From the IMG/VR virus record IMGVR_UViG_3300032291_002856, positions 4,079 through 68,078 of that record: a stretch of 64,000 bases of DNA. The stretch is one strand, 5' to 3'. A program made the position numbers and the translations under genes. The stretch's first letter is position 1. Each line of letters begins with the position of its first letter. Shown here one piece after another: positions 38,601 to 47,600 of this stretch. Origin of the DNA: a virus. Under the pieces are notes generated by a model. The model made no database searches and had not been told where the DNA came from. It saw only the letters and a list, made by a program, of their open reading frames with translations.

Positions 38601-41600
38601 AAACCACCACCTGCACCAGGAATAGCCAAGCCTGGGAACATGCCAAAGAAGCCTGCTCCGGCGCCAGCAGCTGGCGTAGTCGCTGCAGTTCCTGTTGTTG
38701 CAGAACCTGTTTTATATATTGGGCCGAATGGTCCTATTCCTACTAATGTTCGTCCAGCGACTATCGAAGCCGGAGTAGTTGAAGGAGCAGACGCAGCAGC
38801 AACCACTGCCGCATGAAGTGCCGTTCCTGAAACACCTGAGGCACCTGAAGCAGGAGCTGCGTGAGCTCCTGTAGCAGAACCGCTTCCAGAAACTGCCAAA
38901 CCAGCTGCAACAATATTTACTGGGGATCCTGTTGCTGTTACTGTATTTGCGGTAATGTTTACTGGAGAACCTGTGGCTGTTACAGTAGTTCCTGAACCTT
39001 CTCTTCTTCTGCCTGTCTTTCTTCCACCTCTTCGTCGTCCGCCTTCTTCGCCACCGTCTTCATCATCAGAAGGTGGAGAACCTCCACCGCCACCGCCTCC
39101 GCCTGAACCGCCAGAGCCTGATCCAGACCCCTTTGATCCCTTTCCGGAATCAACGGCGTAAATGTCTTCTCCTTTTTCAAACCGAGCAAGCAATTTTGAT
39201 TTTTCAGCTCTTTGCGCGTCGGACAAAATTTCTTCTGGGTAGGTAAGGAGTTCTTCAATTTCGTCACGTCGTTGTGCTTTTTGCCATTCTGGATTATACG
39301 GTCGTTTATTTTTTAACAAACGGTCTCGTATTTTTTGAGCCCTTGCTTGCCGAGATGCTGTTTCTTCAGCTGTCATAGGACCCATATCAGAAAAAAGTTT
39401 TTTCTGTATGGCTGTTTCTACAATATCAGTCGCCATTCGCATTCCTGCACCTGGATCTGACTCAGGTGAGTAGTTGCGAAGTTCTGCTAAATTAATGTAG
39501 TCTTTCGGTTGTCTGTCTAATCTGTAACCTTTTGGAGTTTGTACAGTTCGAGGAATGTCTCGTTGCCGTGGTACGTTGACTCTTGCAAGCAACATAGCAC
39601 GTTCTTCTGGATCTGTAATACTCTTGCTGTCCATCCAGTCTGTAACTGACTTAACGGCTTTAGCATACTCTGGATTTTCTTCTTTTGAAAGCAGACTGTA
39701 AGCCCTTTTTCGCATTGCATCGCTTACAGGTCTGCCAGTTCGAGCAGCTCTTTCGTCAAGACGACGGTCAATCTCTTTTCTTCTAGCTACAAGTGCTGGA
39801 TTCTCCATCACTGCGCGAGAAGTATCAGCAAACATTGCTTCAGGGTGAACCTTATAATATTGTCTTCTTTCTCTTTCGGCTACTCTTGCTTCTGTTTCAG
39901 GCTGCCTTATTTTACTTTCTACTGACTTTGTTTTTCTTCTGCTTTCTCTGCTTGCCGCGAGTTGAGCGTCGTAGTCGTCTATTCTTTTCTGCTCAGCAGC
40001 GCTTATTGGTTTTTCACGTCTCGCCATTATCTTAGCGGGTATGGTAATCTTACTTATAAGCTTTTGCAGATACGCTTCTTTCTTGTCTTCGTCAGTCAAT
40101 CCCTTAATTCGATTTAGCCTTTCTTTCGCCTCCTGCACTGCCGCAAGATATGCAGGATTGTCTACTTCTACTGTTGCAAGAGCTTCGCCTTTTTCTTTTG
40201 CTTTTCTTTCTCTCTCTGCCACAGCTAAATCAGTCTCAGGTCTTCGTTTTTTACTTTCAACCGACTGGCGTTGTTTTCTAGGAACACGAGCGGCAGCGTA
40301 TTTTTCAACATGCTTATCAATTATCTGGCGTTCTCTTTCGCTAATTGCTTCGGTGGCTGGAACAGTAAGCTTAGCAGGAACAGCAATCCGGTCAAGAAGA
40401 TTTTGTAAATAAGCTTCTTTTCGTTCTGGACTAATTCGACCAGCAATTTTTTCTACTCTTTCTTTTGCTTCTGCGACTGCCGCCAAATATTCAGGATTGT
40501 CGGTCTCAACCATCTTTACAGGTTTAGCTGCTTTTGCTGCTTTTTGTTTAGCTTCTCTTGCTGCAATTTTAGCATCAGTTATAAAAGACCTGTCTGCGAG
40601 TCTTTCAGCGGATTCATTTCTTTTTCTTGCAATTCTTGGAGTGTCACGGACTAAAACATTTTTACCAGTTCCCACATCTGGGAACATTCTCCATGTACTT
40701 GTTCCGGATCCCTCATCAACGCCTCCAGTAAGCAAATCTTTAAAGAATTTAGAAGTACTTTCTTTGAATTTTGAAAATCCTGAAATAGGAGGGGCACTTT
40801 GCTTAGGAACAGTAATTTTGCCTATAAGCTTCTGTAAAAACGCATCTTTCTGACTCTCAGTTAATCCAGTAGCTTTGTTTACTTTTTCTCTAGCAGCCTC
40901 GACTGCTGCAAGATATGCGGGATTGTCAATTTCCGGTGTCTGTCTTTCATACGTTGGGACTTGATAACTTGCGCCTTGTTTGCTTGCTGTACGAGCGTCA
41001 AAGGTCAATCCTCTTATGTACTTAAGACGACCTTCAAACTCTTCCTCTCGAATTGCTGCATCTTCACGTCGTCTAGTTACTTCGCGTATTGATCGAATTT
41101 GAGATTCCGCCTCTTGTTCTCTTTTATCACGTCTTTCTTCTGCTATCTTAGCTCGACGAGCAACGGCAGGATTACTCATGTATTGTTTTTCTTCTCTTGC
41201 AGCAACTCTTGCATTTGTTTGTGGCTGTCTTCTTTTGCTTTCTATTGATTTTGCTTTTCTTCGTCTAAGCCGCTCGTTTGCTATTCGCTGATCGTTTTGA
41301 CGTTTTGCGTTTTCGTCCTGTACCGGCCTAAGGGCAGAGTCGAGGTTGTCTTCTCGTATTGATCTTCTTATAGCAGCAATTTTAGCGTCGGCCTCCGCTT
41401 CTCTGTCTTCTCCTATTTTTTCAGCAATTCTTATTCTAGTTCTTTGCTCGTTTTCTGCAATCTGTTGTCTACGTAATTCTCTTTCTTCTGCAATAGTTGC
41501 GGGCTGTTCTCTCTCTGTTGTTTGAAATAAAGGCATTTGTCCAACGTCAACGCCTTCATTTGTAAATCTTCTGTACCCTGCTGAAACGCGTTGTCGAAAT

Positions 41601-44600
41601 AACTGAAATTCTGATAATGGATTATCCTGCCCTACATAGCTAAGTGGCCGTCGTAAAGGGTCAGTGTCAGGAACCGGGCCGGGTAAGTTAAACTGTCGTC
41701 TTGGGCGGTCTCCTTTTCCTGCTTCATAGTCAGCGTGTATACGGTGAAAACGAGCAGCTGCACTTCTTCTACGTTCTCTTAATCGTCGGTTGTTGGCATC
41801 CTCAGCCCTATTTGCGGCATCGGTTGCGTTCCTTATCGGACCAAGTTGATCTTGATATTCCTGTTCTCTTTTTAAACCTACTATGTTAGCAATTCCAATA
41901 TCTGCCTCTTCTTCTCTCCTTGCGCCTCTTTCTTCGGCTACTCTAGCTCGACGTGCGACAGCCGCGTCACTCATGTATGCTTTTTGTTCTCTTTCGGCAA
42001 TCTTTGCGTCTGTTTCTGCTCGTCTTCTTTTACTTTCTATTGACGCTGCTTTTCTTCTGTTAATTCGATCTTCATCTATTTTTTTCTGTCTTTGGTCTTC
42101 TAATTGAATACCTTCAGGAGTTGAAGGTGGTACGACGGCCCCTGCATCGTAATTAGTGTATACAGCTTGAATTTGCTTTCTTCTAATATTTCTACGTCTA
42201 GTAACTAACCCTCTTTGTGCTGCCTCGCTTCTTCGTTTAGCTTCCGCTTCTCTTCTTCGAACTGTTTCCGCTGATTGTCGAGCTGGTTCTTCAGCTGCAA
42301 GTTGTTCTGCTGTTTTAGTGTACTCTTCTTCAGGCTTGTTTGGATCGGGAGCAGGAAGTAAAAATCTTCCGCTTGCTTCCATAAAAAGCCTATTTTGGAC
42401 TTTTTCAACAATTGGGAGAGTGGCGGCATTAGCTTCATTTTCCCTTGCAGCTGCTCTTTCTTGCGTTTCTTTTATTCTTTGCCTACCTCTGGCTATTATT
42501 TGACTCAAGGTAGCAAATTCTGATCTTTTGACACGTTCGTCAGCTATTGCTAATTTTTGAGCTGGATCGGTAATTCCTTCTGCTTCTACTTCTCTTATAG
42601 TTATTTGCTTATCAATTGCGTATCTTCTTCGCTGACGAGCTTCCCAAAGTCGTTTCGCGGTTTCTCTTCTCTCTTCAGTGTTTCTTTCAGCTTTTGGATC
42701 TGACTTAGGAATCGAAGCTACTCCTGGATCAATACCCGCTCCTCCAAAAAGTGAACCGTACTTATTTATATATTCAGGTCTTGTAGGATCACCGTATTGC
42801 GCTCTCATTGCTGTGTCAATTCCGCGCGGAGGATTCTCTCTTTCCAACCAGGCATCGATTAACCTTGCCGGTATTGGGTACTTTGCATCCACATTCCGTT
42901 CCGCGTAGTATTTACGGAGTCTATCCATTAGTTTTTGATTATTGGCTTCGTCTCCAGGTAGTGGCGCATAAACATTTCTTTCTTGCTCTGTAAAAAACAA
43001 AGGATTGCCTTTTTCGTCTCTTCCAAAATCCTCTTGCTCATAAGTTCTGATGTTTCTAGTCAGTCTGTCAAGTATTTTTTTTCTTTGTCTTTTGCTTCTT
43101 TTTTTAGGTTTTGAGTCTAAAGCGGCGTTTATTTCTTTTCTTCTCTGTCTGCGATTTTTGTCTACAGCCTTTTGTCCATTTTCTTGATCCGCTAATCGCT
43201 CGGCCTCTCTTTTTTTATCGATTTCAAGCAGCTGTCTTTCTCTTTCTTGCTCTCTCATTATTTCTAAATCTTTAACTTCTGATTGCACTTTAGGCTCGTC
43301 AAATTCTTGAAATTCTTTTATAAAGTCAGGAATTCCTCTTGCTACGCTTGGATTGATGCCGTAGCTAACTTCTGGAACAGGCATATTTTCTGCTTCTCTT
43401 GCTTCTTGTTTTGCGTCTTTTTCTCTTTGCTTAGCTTCCAGATATTCAGGAGAATTTCTGTATAACGCGTTAATTTGTCTTTTTGTTCTTTTTACTGGTT
43501 TTGCCGCTTCCCACCAAGCTAAAGGCCTGACTCTTCTAGTTAACCTTTTAAAAATCTTATCTCGTCTTCTTTGGTTTGCTTCGCTATTAGATCCAAAATA
43601 ACGACGGCGTTTTCCTTCGGTAGCTTCTTTAAACTCTTTTCTATCTAAAGCCGCGTTGACTTCAGCAATCCTGTCTGCATTTTCTTTGTCTCTTGCAGCA
43701 ATGGCCGCGTTTCTATCTTCTTCTCCCAGCCTTTCTAGAAAAAGTTCTTTTGGATCTTCCTGGCTTTTATCTTTTGCTTCCGCTACAGCTGTATCTCTTT
43801 TCAATAATTGTGCGTTTTCAGTGGCACTTCCAACAAAAAACTCAACGTTTTTATATGGCGTATTTTCAGTCAGCTTTGTAATTTCTTCTCTCGGTTCTAC
43901 GTCGGCAGCCCTTGGATGGCGCATGTGCCTAAGGTACAGTCCTTGCGCTACTGCCCGCATTTGCCGAACTAGATCTCTACCTGCGTTTGTTGTTGTCAAG
44001 CTTTGAACATGTTCAGGATTTTTTGTATCCATTTTTCTAAATTGCTCTGTTTGCTCTGGCGCTAAAACCGAAAATATAGCTTGCATGTCTGATAAAAATT
44101 TAGCGTCTCCTAGAGAAGGATCTCTGCTTGACTGTCTTCCAAAGTCTTTTAGCTTTTGAAGGATTCGCAATTTTCCAATTATTGGTCCAAGGCGACGAGC
44201 TAGTGGCACATCTTCCTCTTTTGCTTGCTGCCTTGCTTCAACAACAGCCTCATTAGGCCTGTCTCTCGTAGCCACGTTAAACATTTCGGCAATTGCAGGG
44301 TTTTCTAAGTATTTATGACCTTTTGTATCAGCCATGAAAGTAGAAATTTGCTCAGCCATCGCTCTGTTTTTTGGATCTTTAGCGGCTGCTTTTAAATAAC
44401 TTTCTACTGATGCCGTGTCACCAAAGTCTGTGTACCTTAGCATGTTTGCCATGCCTGGAGTCACGCCGCCAATAAGTTTTAAAGCTTTTTCCCTAGCTTT
44501 AGGATCTCCTATAGCAGTTGCTAGTAATTGCTTTAATCCTTTGTTGTCTCCTTGAAATTTTTGAAACTTAGCAATTAATTTGTCTAGCGGACTTCTATCG

Positions 44601-47600
44601 GACCGGTCGCGGGGTTTGTCTGACGCAGTAACCATTGCCGCGGCCGGATCGTAGTTTACTGCGTTGTCCTGCCTGTTTCCGGATTGTAGATGCCTCAAAG
44701 GATCTAGTCCAGCAGCTATTTCTGCTTGATATTGAGACCTGCGAATAAGTTCCGCGGTTGTAAGACTTTTTTCAGGCGCTCGCAAAATACGGTCTATTTC
44801 TTCTCTTTGTTCCTCAAGGTTAACATGCTCACCTGCTGAATAAGTTCCCGAACGGTACGTAAATTCTCCTGGTCGTTCTTCTAAAGTAAAATCTCTGTCT
44901 GCTTGCTGTTGTTCAGCTAGCTTGTCACTGATCGATAAATCTTCACGAACGCCTGTATCGACAATCCCTTCTCTTTTGTGTCTTTGTACAACAGAGTCGT
45001 TATACGCTGGAGACGGCATACGGCCTAGTATAGCTTTTGCTAAACTACTTATACGGAATCTCAGTGTCTTGGCCATTGATATAGGGCTGACTGTAGAAGC
45101 TTGGTTGCGTGAGTTTTCTAAGTGATCAGTTGTCCCCATTACCCGCGCAATTCTATCGGCCATTCCTCCAGAAGTGTGCAGTATTGGTAAATTCTGTCTC
45201 AATGCATCAGGAGCACTGACAAGAGTGTCTACTGACGGAACGTCTTCTCCTCCTTCTGCTAAGGCAGGTACTAGAACCGGTCTTAAAAGTTTCGAAAGCA
45301 TTGAAAACTGTCCAAACGAATCCGTGCTTTTAAATTCTTTAGATCTTGATAATGTTCTAACTCTCGCTAACATCCGCTTGCTTAATTTAGAAAGCATTGG
45401 CGACGCAGCTTCCATTTCTAGAGCCAAGGCTCTATTTGGATTTTTAGGGTCGTAGGCATTAGCGTAATCCAAAATAGGGAAACCAGAATACTCGGCTTGC
45501 TCAAGTAGCTGTATACTGGAAAAGAAATTTTTTAATTGACTTAACGGGCTTGGCAGTTCTCGTGCTTTTCTTGGATCTACTTTTCCATCTTTATCTGTAA
45601 TATTGCGTGCTGTTTGCAAGCCTTGAGTAAAATTTTGATACTTGGAACTGCCGCCAATTAAACCAAATCCTGCCAATATACTGTCAGTAAATTTGTATTT
45701 ATTTTGTTTAATTTCCTCGTCTACTTTTAGTTGACTTTCCAGACCGTCATCTAAAGGTAATCCTTCTCGATTATTTTGAGCGATTACTTGCAAAGGTGTA
45801 GGAGAATCAAAAAGCACAGGCATATCAGCTCTTCCAAGACGTCTTAGATAGTTTAATGCCCTGTTCGCCACAGGTCGAACATTTGTCACCATATCGCGAA
45901 ACGAATCACGTCCAAATCCGTAACCAGCAACGCGCGTAATCATTTCTTCAGGATCGTTTTCTATCCCAGTGATACTTGCTTTCGGATTTGCAATCATATC
46001 TGCAGGTACGGGTCTTGTAGGTTGGATAACTACTGAAGAAGGCCCTGCTGGCACATCTTCTTCTTTATAAGGCTCAAAAGAGATTTGCCTTGCTCTTGGA
46101 TTAGTTACTTGTCTTTTTATTCTATCGGGTAAGTCTTTAAAGCTCCATCCTTCTTTAGCTTCCCACGCCGCAATTCCCTCAGGTGTGCTAAAATCAGGCT
46201 TGCTTACCGAGGTTACTCGATACCGTGATCCGGGCAACTCTGGAATTTCTATTATTTGACCAGGTTTATAACCCCCACCAGCTCGAGTCGTAGCTGTTCT
46301 AATTCCTTGTTCAACAAGCTGAGATGTAGTTGTTCCAGTTAGGTATCTAGCTTTTAAATCTTCTCTCAATTGACTCTGAGCCATGCTATACTTCATCGGC
46401 ATTGTTGCGTCTGTTGGTCTAGATCTACCTAAATTAGGATTTAACGCCAGAGCTTGCTTCTGTATATAATTTTCTATATCTTGCGGCGTGTTGCGAACAT
46501 CCTTATCATTTTCATCTCTTTGGAGATACCCATCCGGCATGTGCACATCCGCGTTTAATCCTAAAGCAGCCGCAGCAACAGATCCGGCAATGTCTGTTCC
46601 AGTTTGCCCACCTGACACAATTGTACTTAACTGTGGATACTGAGCTTTGACTATTTTTAAAATATCATAAACGTTTCGATTAACTTGATCTTGAGAAACT
46701 CCCGCTTTTTTCCAAGCCGGCATAGCATTTCCTGAAACATTAAGAGAAGTGGCGCTTGTCGCTTTTAGAGATTCTACTAACCTAGCTGCTATTTGTTCGT
46801 TACTTTGTCCCTCGTCACTTACTAAAACTCCGCCAGCCGCTTTTACAGCCGACGCTGTTTTTCTTTCTCCAGGGGTTGCATGGTCAGCTGCGTAAGACAG
46901 TGTTACTGGAGCGGCCGCAGCGTTTCTCTCTGTCCTGCGCGGATACGATCCCCCAGTGCTTACACTTACCAATCCTCTAGTTGTTGATGGACCTACTTGA
47001 ACTACAGTAGGCTTTTCGTCAAGTTTTGCATATGCTCTTTGTTCAGCTCGAGCAGCAGCTAAAGCTTTGCCAGCTTCTTTTCTGGATTCTGGAGTTCCTG
47101 CTACAGCGTACTCTTCTTCAGCTCTTTTTACTCTTTTTTCTAGATCGTCTTTAACTCTTTGATGAAGAATGCCTGCTAACGATGTCTCACTTTCTTTTCG
47201 AGTAACTCCATCAGGAGTAAACAAATTTTGAAATATTTCTTTTACATTCAATCCCCGCAGCATTCTAATTTGATCTTGTGTAGATGCACCGCTACTTGCT
47301 TGTAGCTTTTCGGCTAAAAACGCAGCAAAAATACCTGCAAATGCATTTTGAGCTGTTGGTCCACCAAACACGCCCAATGATTTACCTTCTCTACCGATGG
47401 CTCCTCTTGCCGTTGTATCTGTAGAAGCTCCTTGTACTAGGGGACCAAACCTTGACAAAGCGGCCATTATAGATCTTGGAATCTTTGATGAAAGATTTGT
47501 TCCGGCTGCTGCAGGGTTTGTGGTCGGACTTACAACTCTACCTGACCTCAAATCTTGAATTGCGTTCTGTAAAATTGAGTCCATTGTCCGAGTAATGTCG

